Shown piece by piece: positions 54,006 to 62,510 of a stretch of DNA of 64,000 nucleotides; within the stretch, counting starts at the first letter, position 1; each line of letters opens with the position of its first letter. The position numbers and the translations under genes were made by a program. Source of the stretch: an uncultured Acidimicrobiia bacterium (GTDB lineage: Bacteria > Actinomycetota > Acidimicrobiia > Acidimicrobiales > AC-14). The notes below the pieces were generated by a model, which had not been told where the DNA came from, ran no database searches, and was given only the letters and a program-made list of their open reading frames with translations. The DNA lies in contig CAWIIV010000008.1 in NCBI GenBank assembly GCA_963836205.1, positions 65,685 to 129,684 of the forward strand, written 5' to 3'.

Positions 54006-55719
54006 GACGAATGAGGGACCCGTCGAGGACGCCCTGCTGGGCTGCTGCACCCGGATCCGCCCTAGGACGCCGCTGATCTAATCGGCCGACCATCCACCAC
54101 CGGCCGACTCCGGCACCCGAGACTTGGTCATGGGGATCGGGGCTGCGGTCAAGCAGGGCCAGTTCGAGGACTCGGCGGTGGTGCTGGGCGAGCGGTTGGC
54201 CCCGGGTTCGATCTATCGGCTGCTGGCCGACGAGGGCCACGTCCTTTTCCCGGACACCTACTTCGCCGACCTGTTCAAGGACACCCCCCGGGGACGTCCC
54301 AGCATCCCCGCCCGCACGGTGGCCACGGTGATGCTGCTGCAGAGCTTCGAAGGCCTGTCTGATCGGGAGGCGTGCGACCACCTTGTCTTTGACTTGCGTT
54401 GGCAGGCGGCGGCGGGCCTGACGACCAGGGCCGAGTCGTTCCACCCCACGGTGCTGGTGGGCATGCGCAACCGTCTGCGGCGCTCCGATCGTCGCTATCG
54501 CCTCCACGAGGACACCCTCGTCCCGGCCCGGGCCGCGGGGGTGCTCAAGGACCGGGCCCGGGTGCTGGACTCGACCGCCCTCTACGACTCGGTGGCCACC
54601 CAGGACACCGTGACCCAGCTGCGCTCTGCCATCCGCAAGGTGCTCTCGGTCGTCGGTCCCCTGGCTGTGCTCGTGCGGGCGGCCCTGGCTCGTGACGACG
54701 ACTACGCCTCGATCGGCAAGCCGCCCTGTGACTGGGACGACGCCGCCGCCCGCGAAGCCCTGGTCGATGCCCTGGTCAAAGACGCCTTGGCCGCCCTGGC
54801 CGTGCTCGACGGCCACAGCCTGGAGGGGCCAGCAGCCGAGGCGGCGGCGCTGCTGGCCCGGGTGGCGGGACAGGACGTGGCCGAGGGCGACGACGGGGTG
54901 TTCCGCATCGTGCGGGGCACGGCCGCCGACCGCATCATCTCCACCGTCGACCCCGAGGCCCGCCACGGCCACAAGAGCCGCAGCCGCCACATCGACGGCT
55001 ACAAGACCCACCTGTCCGTCGACCCCGACTCCGAGATCATCGCCGCCGCCACCGTCACCCCGGCCAACACCGCGGACCGGGACGCCGTCGAGGAGCTGCT
55101 GGAGGAGCCGGGACCCGATGCGCAGGCGAGCACCGACCCCGGCTCCAAGCCGGCAGTGGTGGGCGACTCGGCCTACGCCGATGGGGCCACGCTCGCCGCC
55201 CTGGCCGAGGCTGGGCGGGAGGTCCTGTCCAAGGTCCCCCCCGCCCGCAACATGACCGGAGGCTTCTCCAAGGACCGCTTCGCCATCGACCTCGACAGCC
55301 GCACTGTCACCTGCCCCGCGGGCCAGATCGTGCCCATTGTCCTGGGCCTGCGCGGTGGCCGGGCCAGCTTCGGCCCCCACTGCGGGGACTGTCCTCTGCG
55401 GGCCGATTGCACCGCCTCGGCCAAGGGCCGCTCGATCACCATCCACCGCCACGAGGACGCCCTCCAGCGGGCCAAGGCGGCCCAGCGCAGCGAGGAGTGG
55501 AAGGCCCGCTACCGGGCCGACCGCCCGATCGTGGAGCGCAGGATCTCCCACTTCACCCGCCGGGCCTGGGGCGGGCGCAAGGCCCGCACCCGGGGCGTGG
55601 ATCGCATCCGCATCGATGTCGCCACCCGGGCCGGCGTCTTGAACTGGGCCCGCCTCGCCGTTCTCGGGCTGCGCTCGACGCCGACCGGCTGGGCCGTCGC
55701 CTGATCCGGACGAATGAGG
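54006..55719. mobile_element. IS element (IS5/IS1182-type), approximate limits
   Basis: A single DDE transposase ORF is bracketed by a direct repeat: CCGACGAATGAGG (54004-54016) and CCGGACGAATGAGG (55706-55719). I could not identify terminal inverted repeats with confidence. Confidence 0.5.
54124..55704 (+). CDS. DDE transposase, IS5/IS1182-type
   Basis: N-terminal InsH/DUF772-like region: PSIPARTVATVMLLQSFEGLSDREACDHLVFDLRWQ. DDE region: VLDSTAL...STVDPEARHGHKS...GYKTHLSVD...VVGDSAYA. Cys-rich tail: TCPAGQ...FGPHCGDCPLRADCT. Confidence 0.85.
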   Translation: MVMGIGAAVKQGQFEDSAVVLGERLAPGSIYRLLADEGHVLFPDTYFADLFKDTPRGRPSIPARTVATVMLLQSFEGLSDREACDHLVFDLRWQAAAGLTTRAESFHPTVLVGMRNRLRRSDRRYRLHEDTLVPARAAGVLKDRARVLDSTALYDSVATQDTVTQLRSAIRKVLSVVGPLAVLVRAALARDDDYASIGKPPCDWDDAAAREALVDALVKDALAALAVLDGHSLEGPAAEAAALLARVAGQDVAEGDDGVFRIVRGTAADRIISTVDPEARHGHKSRSRHIDGYKTHLSVDPDSEIIAAATVTPANTADRDAVEELLEEPGPDAQASTDPGSKPAVVGDSAYADGATLAALAEAGREVLSKVPPARNMTGGFSKDRFAIDLDSRTVTCPAGQIVPIVLGLRGGRASFGPHCGDCPLRADCTASAKGRSITIHRHEDALQRAKAAQRSEEWKARYRADRPIVERRISHFTRRAWGGRKARTRGVDRIRIDVATRAGVLNWARLAVLGLRSTPTGWAVA

Positions 55720-55955
55720 CTCCTATCGGGCACCGGAGAGCCCCGAACCGCCCCTGTGGCGCTCCCCGGTGCCTCCAGCGACGACGGTGACCGCAGGTTG
55801 TCCTCGAGAGGACATCCCCCGCTTCCACCGCAGCCGCCCTCCGTGGAAGCCCGTCGGACGCCCGACGGGTCTTTAGAACAGCACCCTCCTAGATCGCGAC
55901 TGAGTTCGCCGACCGTGCACCGGCACGTTGCGAACCACCCATCGATCGCGGACTC

Positions 55956-55981
55956 GGGTGGCTGCCTACGGGCAGCCACCC
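55956..55981. terminator. 11-bp perfect hairpin GGGTGGCTGCC-TACG-GGCAGCCACCC
   Basis: Read from the sequence. It lies about 150 nt downstream of the cysH stop on the - strand, between cysH and the IS. Confidence 0.45.
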
Positions 55982-56127
55982 CAGCCGACAGGACGGTGTG
56001 GGCGGACGGTGGGGCACAGCCACAGTGTTCAGGGGCGCTGCTCGCTTGGGGATCGAGGGGCGGCACTCGTGGGTGATTGCGCCGCAGCCGCCGCCGCCGC
56101 CGGGCGGTCGCCGCCGCCCGCCCGAGC

Positions 56128-56796
56128 TCAGGCGTGCAGGCCGCACTCCGTCTTGGACTGGCCCGACCAACGGCCGGCGCGGGGGTCTTCGCCGGGGGCG
56201 ACGGGGCGGGTGCACGGCCAGCAGCCGATCGACGGGTAGCCCCGGTCGACCAGGGGGTGGACGGGCAGGTCGTGCTCGACGATGTAGGCGTTGACCTGGT
56301 CGTCGGTCCAGGCCGCGATGGGGTTGACCTTCACCAGGCCCCGGCCGATGTCGAGGCTCACGATGGGGGTGGTGGCCCGGGTGGGGGCCTCCACCCGGCG
56401 GACGGCGGTCATCCAGGCCAACCGGCCGGCCAACGCCCGGGCCAGCGGCTCCACCTTGCGGGCCCCGCAGCAGGAGTCGACGTCGAGCTGCCAGAGGTCG
56501 CCCACCTCGACCGCCGGGTGCATGACGGTGAGGTTCATCCGGTAGCGCTGCCTCACCCGGTCGGCGAACCACATCGTCTCCGCGAAGTGGAACCCGGTGT
56601 CGAGGAAGACGACTTCGAGGTCGGGGGCGACCTTGAGGGCGATGTCGATCATGACGCAGTCCTGGAACGACGACGCCAGCACGATCCCGTCGCCGTAGGT
56701 GTCGACGGCCCACGCCACCACGTCGGCCGCGGGCGCGTCCTCGAACTGCCGGGACAGCAGGGCCAGGTCGGCCAGGTCGGGAGAGGTGGCGGTCAC
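56128..56796 (-). CDS. cysH: Adenylylsulfate (APS)/PAPS reductase, thioredoxin-dependent, Fe-S cluster type
   Basis: VLASSFQDCVMIDI, CC...CxxC cysteines (DVDSCCGARKVEPL; SIGCWPCT), C-terminal KTECGLHA. GTGA overlap with the upstream sulfite reductase stop. Confidence 0.9.
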   Translation of the reverse strand: MTATSPDLADLALLSRQFEDAPAADVVAWAVDTYGDGIVLASSFQDCVMIDIALKVAPDLEVVFLDTGFHFAETMWFADRVRQRYRMNLTVMHPAVEVGDLWQLDVDSCCGARKVEPLARALAGRLAWMTAVRRVEAPTRATTPIVSLDIGRGLVKVNPIAAWTDDQVNAYIVEHDLPVHPLVDRGYPSIGCWPCTRPVAPGEDPRAGRWSGQSKTECGLHA

Positions 56797-58595
56797 TCGC
56801 CCGCGCACTCCCCGGCGCCCACCTCGGCGGTGAAGGGGCCGGTCTCGTCGTAGTCGACGTAGAACTCGGGGCCGTCGTCGGGCGACGGGAAGTGGTCGAG
56901 GTCGGCCAGGTAGGAGGCCATGGCCTCGACGCCACCCGAGCGGTCGAGCCACTGTCCGAACGTCTCGCCCGCCGACCGCTCGGCCGCGAACCGCCCGATC
57001 AGCCGCACCGACGCCTCGCCCGCCCGCTTGGCCGGCACCCGCATCGTCTTGCGCCCGAACTCGATCTCGGCCGACCCCACCCGTCCCCCGAGCATGATCT
57101 GGTAGCCGGGAGCCGACCGCCCGTACGCCCGCCGCTCGACGCCCACGAAGCCGATGTCGGAGATGTGGTGCTGGCCACAGGAGTTGGTGCAGCCGGAGAT
57201 GTTGATGCGCACGCCGCCCACGTCGGCCAGGCCCGCGTCCTCCAACGCCTTGCCGATCTCGTCGGCCAGGCCGCGGGACTGGGTGACGGCCAGGTTGCAG
57301 GTGTCGGCGCCGGGACAGCTGACCACGTCGCGGGCCAGCTCGGCGCCCGGCAGGGCCATCCCGATGGCGTCGAGCTTGGTGTACAGCGCCGTCAGCTGGT
57401 CTTCGGTGAGGCCTCGGAACACGAAGTTCTGGCGGTTGGTGACCCGGACGTCGCACCCCAGCTGGCGCTGGATGTTGGCGATGGCCCGGAACTGGGCGGT
57501 GGTGATGTCGCCCAGGCGGGCGTAGGCCATGGCCGACACCGTGCCCTTGGCCGCGCCCCGCACCACGTTGGCTTCGTCCCACCGCCCGTAGCGGTCGGTG
57601 GACCGCAGCATCACGTTGGTACCGACGTCCTGCCCCATGGGCGTGAGGGGGGTGCTGTTCGACGCCCCCGCGGGCTCGTCGCCCTGCTCGGTGACGTAGT
57701 CGGGCACGCCGCCGGGCCAGGTGGTGGTGGCCAGCAGCAGGCGTCGCTCCTTCATGATCCGGCGCCGCAGCTCGTCGATGCCCAGGGTGTCGACGAGCCA
57801 CTTCATGCGGGCCCGGAGCTTGTTGTCGCGGTTGCCGAAGTGGTCGAAGGTGCGCAGGCACGCCTCGAGGGTGGCGAGCAGGTCCTCCCGGGACGTGAAC
57901 TCCTCGAGGGCCTGGGCCGGGTGGGGGTTGGCCCCCAGCCCGCCCGCCACGAACACCCGGAACCCGGGCTCGACCGAGCCGTCGTCCTTGGGTCGGCTGA
58001 CGGCGATCACGCCGACGTCGTTGAACATGGCCTGGCCGCAGTCGGTGGCGCAGCCGGAGAAGTTGATCTTGAACTTGCGAGGCAGGCGCTGGGAGTAGCC
58101 GTGACGGAGGAAGTGCTGGAACGCGGCCTCGGCCCAGGGGCTGATGTCGAGCACCTCGAACGGGCAGGCGCCGGCCAGGTGGCAGCCCATGACGTTGCGG
58201 ACGGTGTCGCCGCAGGCCTCCCGGCTCGTCATCCCGATGCTGGCCAGGTCGCGCATGAGCGACGGCACCCGCTCGAGGTCGACGAAGTGGAACTGGATGT
58301 TCTGCCGGGTGGTGATGTGGCCCCAGCCCCGGGAGTACGTCTCCGAGATGTGGGCCATCATGTCGAGCTGCTCGGCGGAGATGGCGCCGTAGGGGACCTT
58401 GATGCGCACCATCTGGTTGTGGCCGCCCTGGCGCTGGCCGTAGATCCCGTTGTTCAGCCGGAAGATGCGGAAGCGGTCCTCGTCGAGGTCGCCCGCCAGG
58501 TAGAGGGCGAGCATCTGCTCGAACTTCTGGATGTCGGCGAGGGCGGCGGGGCTGATGGAGCCGGGGCCCACCTCCACGTCGATGGTGCGGCTCAT
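56793..58595 (-). CDS. sirA: Ferredoxin-dependent sulfite reductase (NirA/SirA type, siroheme-[4Fe-4S])
   Basis: 600-aa ORF with two nitrite/sulfite reductase repeats. Cluster cysteines are in SCPGADTCNLAV and ISGCTNSCGQHH. Also TRQNIQFHF. Confidence 0.9.
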   Translation of the reverse strand: MSRTIDVEVGPGSISPAALADIQKFEQMLALYLAGDLDEDRFRIFRLNNGIYGQRQGGHNQMVRIKVPYGAISAEQLDMMAHISETYSRGWGHITTRQNIQFHFVDLERVPSLMRDLASIGMTSREACGDTVRNVMGCHLAGACPFEVLDISPWAEAAFQHFLRHGYSQRLPRKFKINFSGCATDCGQAMFNDVGVIAVSRPKDDGSVEPGFRVFVAGGLGANPHPAQALEEFTSREDLLATLEACLRTFDHFGNRDNKLRARMKWLVDTLGIDELRRRIMKERRLLLATTTWPGGVPDYVTEQGDEPAGASNSTPLTPMGQDVGTNVMLRSTDRYGRWDEANVVRGAAKGTVSAMAYARLGDITTAQFRAIANIQRQLGCDVRVTNRQNFVFRGLTEDQLTALYTKLDAIGMALPGAELARDVVSCPGADTCNLAVTQSRGLADEIGKALEDAGLADVGGVRINISGCTNSCGQHHISDIGFVGVERRAYGRSAPGYQIMLGGRVGSAEIEFGRKTMRVPAKRAGEASVRLIGRFAAERSAGETFGQWLDRSGGVEAMASYLADLDHFPSPDDGPEFYVDYDETGPFTAEVGAGECAGE

Positions 58596-58632
58596 GCCCG
58601 ACAGAATACCGATTCCCGACCTTTGTACTCAA

Positions 58633-59397
58633 CTATGTGGGAATTTCTCTCCGCAGGTCACCCGCCGCCTCCGGCTCCAGCCCTTCCAACGGCTGCACCG
58701 GGCGTCGTCCCCGCTCCACCCGCCAGATGCTGAAAGTCGCCGTCGACAGCGCCAGCCAGGCGATGCCCAGCACGATGCCACCCACCACGTCGCTCACGTA
58801 GTGGACCCCGAGGGCGAGGCGGGTGAAACCGATGGCCAGCACCAGCCCGGCCGTGCCCGCCACCACCCACGGCCGCCACCGGCGGGCCACCGCCGGTAGG
58901 AACGCCAGCAGGAGGGCGCCGTAGCAGACCGTCGACGACATAGCGTGGCCCGACGGGAAGCTCTTGCCCCGGGCGCTGGCCACCGGGTCGAGGAGGAAAG
59001 GACGGGGCCGGTCGACCGCGATCTTGACCACGGTGTCGATGAGGCTGCCGACCAGGGCGGTGACCACCAGGAACACCGCCAGCCGAACACGGCCCACCCG
59101 CACCAGCCACACCACGGCCACGGTCATCACCACCCACAGCCAGATGGGAGCGCCCAGGTTGGTGACCGCCTTGAGCGGGCCGACCACCCCGGGCGAGCCC
59201 TGCACCCACTGGTGGAGGCGGTCGAGGCCGGCCGTGTCGAGGTCGACCAGCCGCCCGTCACCTCTCACCTGGCTCACCAGCAGCCCGAACGGCACCGCCA
59301 CCAGGGCGAAGGCGAGGGCGAACAGCGTCACCCGCAGGCCGTACCGCTGCGCCGGGTCGAGCCGGCGGAGGAGGGATTCCCGCAGCGACGACCTCAC
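58633..59397 (-). CDS. PAP2-family (type 2 phosphatidic acid/lipid phosphate) phosphatase
   Basis: Motifs KIAVDRPRP, PSGH and FTRLALGVHYVSDV, plus 5-6 TM segments. The GTG start overlaps the stop of the upstream gene (GTGA). Confidence 0.8.
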   Translation of the reverse strand: MRSSLRESLLRRLDPAQRYGLRVTLFALAFALVAVPFGLLVSQVRGDGRLVDLDTAGLDRLHQWVQGSPGVVGPLKAVTNLGAPIWLWVVMTVAVVWLVRVGRVRLAVFLVVTALVGSLIDTVVKIAVDRPRPFLLDPVASARGKSFPSGHAMSSTVCYGALLLAFLPAVARRWRPWVVAGTAGLVLAIGFTRLALGVHYVSDVVGGIVLGIAWLALSTATFSIWRVERGRRPVQPLEGLEPEAAGDLRREIPT

Positions 59398-60746
59398 GGG
59401 GCGGGTGCGAAGACCGCCAGGGGTTCGTCGGCCTTGCAGATGTCGAACTCTTCCGACCCGTCGAACGTCTCGCCGTCGCGTGCCAGCCGCAACGGCCCGT
59501 CGAGCGACCGCACGTGCATGGTGCGGACGCAGCGCTGCTCGTAAACCCCGCACCGGCCGAGGGTCCCGGTGAAGACGGCGGCCAGCAACCGCAGCCGCGA
59601 CCACGGGTGGCCGTGGACGATGCGGATGTCGAGGATCCCGTCGTCGAGCTGTTCCCGCCAGCTGGGTCCGAACCCGTCGGGGTGGTAGCGGCAGTTGCCG
59701 ATGAAGATCATCCACACCGTGGTCGCCACCCCGTCCAGCTCGACCGCCACCGGCTCCGAGTGACGCAAGGTGTGCGCCAGGGCCACCATCATCGCCGGCC
59801 ACTTCCCGATCCGGTCCTCCAGCTTCTCCCGGGCGTCGACGAGGTCGGTGTAGCTGCCGATGCTGCCCGTGTTGAGGAACGTGTGGCCGTCGATCTCGGC
59901 GCGGTCGACCACCACCACCTGGCCGTCGCGCACGGCCGCGGCCGCGTCGGCGATGGTCTCCACGCCGAGGGCGTGGGCGAAGTGGTTGAGGGTGCCGCCC
60001 GGGACAACCAGGAGCGGGACCTTGCGCTCGGCCGCCACCTCGGCCGCCGCGTTCACCGTCCCGTCGCCCCCCGCCACCCCCAGGGCGCAGGCCCGTTCGG
60101 CCGCGTCCTCGAGCGCCTGGCCGAGGTCGTCGCCCGCACCCGCGTCCACCTCCACGATCTCGGCCCGGGGCAGCTCGTCCCGCAGCTCCTCGGCCACCTT
60201 GCCGGCGCTTCCGGCGGAGGCGTTGACGACAACCACCAGCCCGTCTCCCTCGGGGGACGGGTCGACGTGGGACGACGTGAGGGCGGCGCGGGCGTCGGCC
60301 GCCTCGTGGGGGGCGACCGGCCACAGGCGGCGGGTGGCGATGCCGGCGGCCACGCCGACCGCGGCCCCCCCGGCCAGGTCCGACACGTGGTCGACGCCGG
60401 CCCGGACCCGGGAGTACGACACCAGCCCGGCCAACGCGGCCACCGGGGCCGCCGCCACGGGGAGCTCCTGGGCCACCCCGGTGACGAAGCCGAAGGCGGC
60501 GGCGGCGTGGGCCGACGGGAACGACGACGTCGTCGGGCGGCGAATCCCGGGGATGCGGCGGGACGGGCGGGGACGGGCCCGCCGGGCGAGCAGCTTGATC
60601 GGCCCGTTCGACACCGCCGAGGCCAGGCCGGCCGCCATCAGGCCCCGCAGGGCCGCCCGCCGCCCGAAGCGACCACCCGACGCGGACAGCACCGCGGCCA
60701 CGAGCAGCCACAGCCGGGAACGGTCGGCCACCCGGGAGGCGGCCAC
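59394..60746 (-). CDS. Fusion of a PAP2 phosphatase domain and a DAG-kinase-type lipid kinase catalytic domain (YegS/LCB5-like)
   Basis: PAP2 motifs KLLARRARPRP, FPSAHA and SRVRAGVDHVSD. These are followed by VVVVNASAGSA...GVAGGDGTVNAAA...LLVVPGGTLNHFA. Family-like residues (RTGRADRLAVAA) continue upstream of the first canonical start. Confidence 0.8.
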   Translation of the reverse strand: MAASRVADRSRLWLLVAAVLSASGGRFGRRAALRGLMAAGLASAVSNGPIKLLARRARPRPSRRIPGIRRPTTSSFPSAHAAAAFGFVTGVAQELPVAAAPVAALAGLVSYSRVRAGVDHVSDLAGGAAVGVAAGIATRRLWPVAPHEAADARAALTSSHVDPSPEGDGLVVVVNASAGSAGKVAEELRDELPRAEIVEVDAGAGDDLGQALEDAAERACALGVAGGDGTVNAAAEVAAERKVPLLVVPGGTLNHFAHALGVETIADAAAAVRDGQVVVVDRAEIDGHTFLNTGSIGSYTDLVDAREKLEDRIGKWPAMMVALAHTLRHSEPVAVELDGVATTVWMIFIGNCRYHPDGFGPSWREQLDDGILDIRIVHGHPWSRLRLLAAVFTGTLGRCGVYEQRCVRTMHVRSLDGPLRLARDGETFDGSEEFDICKADEPLAVFAPAP

Positions 60747-60783
60747 CGCCAGCCGGTCGGCCCGCCCCGTCCGCGTCGGCGCC

Positions 60784-61695
60784 TCATCGGGTGGGGAGGC
60801 GGCGGAACCGGGCCTCGGCGAAGGAGAACAGCCCGTAAGCGGCCAGGCCCAGGGCGACGACCGAAAGCAGGATGGGGCCGTAGTCGCGCGCCGCCAGCCG
60901 GCGGAGGGCGCCGTCGATGCCGACGGCCTCCTGGGCGTCGGCCTGGGCGGCAGCTACCACCAAGAGGGCTCCGATGATGAAGAAGACGACCATGCGGGCG
61001 ATGTTGCCGACCGTACCCAGCCGGAGGATCCACCGCCGCTCGCCAGGCTCCATCTCGTAGCCCTTGAGCCGCTTGGCGAACTTCTGCTTCACCCCCCGCC
61101 ACCCGATGTAGAGGCCGGCACCGACGACGACCAGGCCCGTCACCGCCACCAGCAGCCGGCCGCCGGGCCATCCGAGCACCCGAGCGGTCCAGTCGGTGGT
61201 GACGTTCTCCTGCCCGGACCCTTCGTCCGCCCCAACCAGCAGCCGGGCCGCGCTGGCGCAGAGGCCGGTGTAGAGCAGGCCCCGGGCCCCGTAACCCACC
61301 CGCTTGAGGGCCGCCTTGCGGGAGTCCTTCTCGCCTCCCGGGGGCCCGAGGGCGGCCTCGACGAAGCGCCAGAGGGCGTAGCCGGCGAAGCCCACCGCCA
61401 TGCAGGCCACCAGCACCTTGCCCAGCGGCTGGCGCACCACCGCCTGGAGCGCCCCCTGCTTGTCGGCCCGCTCGTCGAAGTTGCCGGTGGCGATACGGAG
61501 GGCGAGGAGGGCCACCACCAGGTAGAGGAACCCCCGGGCGACCATCCCGAAGCGGGCCAGGCGCTTGAACCAGTCGTGGGACGCGACGTCGCCGACGACG
61601 TCCTCCGCCCGGTCGGCGAGGTCCTCGGTTCGGTCCTCGGTCTGACGATTGGTCACGAGCCGGGTGTCCCCGACCGGCCCAGGCGCAAACGTCAC
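60784..61695 (-). CDS. DUF1206-domain membrane protein
   Basis: WFKRLARFGMVARGFLYLVVALLALRIA...GALQAVVRQPLGKVLVACMAVGFAGYALWRFVEA, repeated three times in a TM-pair pattern. Confidence 0.7.
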   Translation of the reverse strand: MTFAPGPVGDTRLVTNRQTEDRTEDLADRAEDVVGDVASHDWFKRLARFGMVARGFLYLVVALLALRIATGNFDERADKQGALQAVVRQPLGKVLVACMAVGFAGYALWRFVEAALGPPGGEKDSRKAALKRVGYGARGLLYTGLCASAARLLVGADEGSGQENVTTDWTARVLGWPGGRLLVAVTGLVVVGAGLYIGWRGVKQKFAKRLKGYEMEPGERRWILRLGTVGNIARMVVFFIIGALLVVAAAQADAQEAVGIDGALRRLAARDYGPILLSVVALGLAAYGLFSFAEARFRRLPTR

Positions 61696-61717
61696 CCAGG
61701 CCGTGGCCTCCGATCGG

Positions 61718-62305
61718 TCAGGTCTTCCACCGCAGGTGGGGGAGGTTGGCCGCCTTGACGCCTGGTGAACGCCGCGCCGACTTCACCTTTTCGACCGCCT
61801 TGAGCGGCACCCAGAGGACCAGCTCGACCAGGTAGAAGAGGCCGATCGAGGCGCCGACCAGGATCGCCGGGGGCACCACGATAGGCAGGGCCACGGCGCT
61901 GACGAGCAGGACCCGGGGCGACTCGCGGAGCCAGCCCTTGCGGCCACCTGCCTTGAACAGCGCCCCCCAGCGGACCGCCGCCCACATGATCCAGCGCTTC
62001 AGGAAGGGCACACCGAGCTCGCGCATCGCCTGGCGGAAGATGCCGTCGGCATCGACGTAGTCCAACTGCCCGTTCCTGGCCCGCTCCCGCCACAGGTAGT
62101 CGTGAAGGATGGCGGCCTTCGTGTACCGGCCGTATCGGGGCAGGAACCACACGAAGATCCGCGGCACCGACGCGAAGTCCGTCTCCTGCCGCACCGGGAC
62201 GTCGAAGGTCTCCGATCTCGCGGCGTAGGTGAGCCCTCGTTGCAACCGCCAGTTTTCGTCGTCGATCTGCTCGACAAGAACCTCGCCGTGCGCGAAACCC
62301 GTCAT
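61718..62305 (-). CDS. DUF1353-domain protein with a C-terminal membrane segment
   Basis: FDVPVRQETDFASVPRIFVWFLPRYGRYTKAAILHDYLW matches the DUF1353 core as I remember it. Confidence 0.65.
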   Translation of the reverse strand: MTGFAHGEVLVEQIDDENWRLQRGLTYAARSETFDVPVRQETDFASVPRIFVWFLPRYGRYTKAAILHDYLWRERARNGQLDYVDADGIFRQAMRELGVPFLKRWIMWAAVRWGALFKAGGRKGWLRESPRVLLVSAVALPIVVPPAILVGASIGLFYLVELVLWVPLKAVEKVKSARRSPGVKAANLPHLRWKT

Positions 62306-62408
62306 CCCGCCGCCCTTCGCCGTAGTCGTACGTCTCTACGACACGCCGGGCGGCTCAGAAATACGTCGAACTTCGAGCGGGGGATAGAAACCGCCCCTGC
62401 GACCGTCT

Positions 62409-62485
62409 TGGTGGGCCGTGAGGGACTCGAACCCCCGGCCTCCTGCGCGTCATGCAGGCGCTCTAGCCAACTGAGCTAACGGCCC
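62409..62485 (-). tRNA. tRNA-Val (anticodon GAC), CCA encoded
   Basis: The - strand reads GGGCCGU-UA-GCUC-AGUUGGCUA-GAGC-G-CCUGC-AUGACGC-GCAGG-AGGCC-GGGGG-UUCGAGU-CCCUC-ACGGCCC-A-CCA. The cloverleaf is complete with a 7/7 acceptor stem. Confidence 0.9.
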
Positions 62486-62510
62486 CCCAATGGATGCAAC
62501 TGGGGCGACC

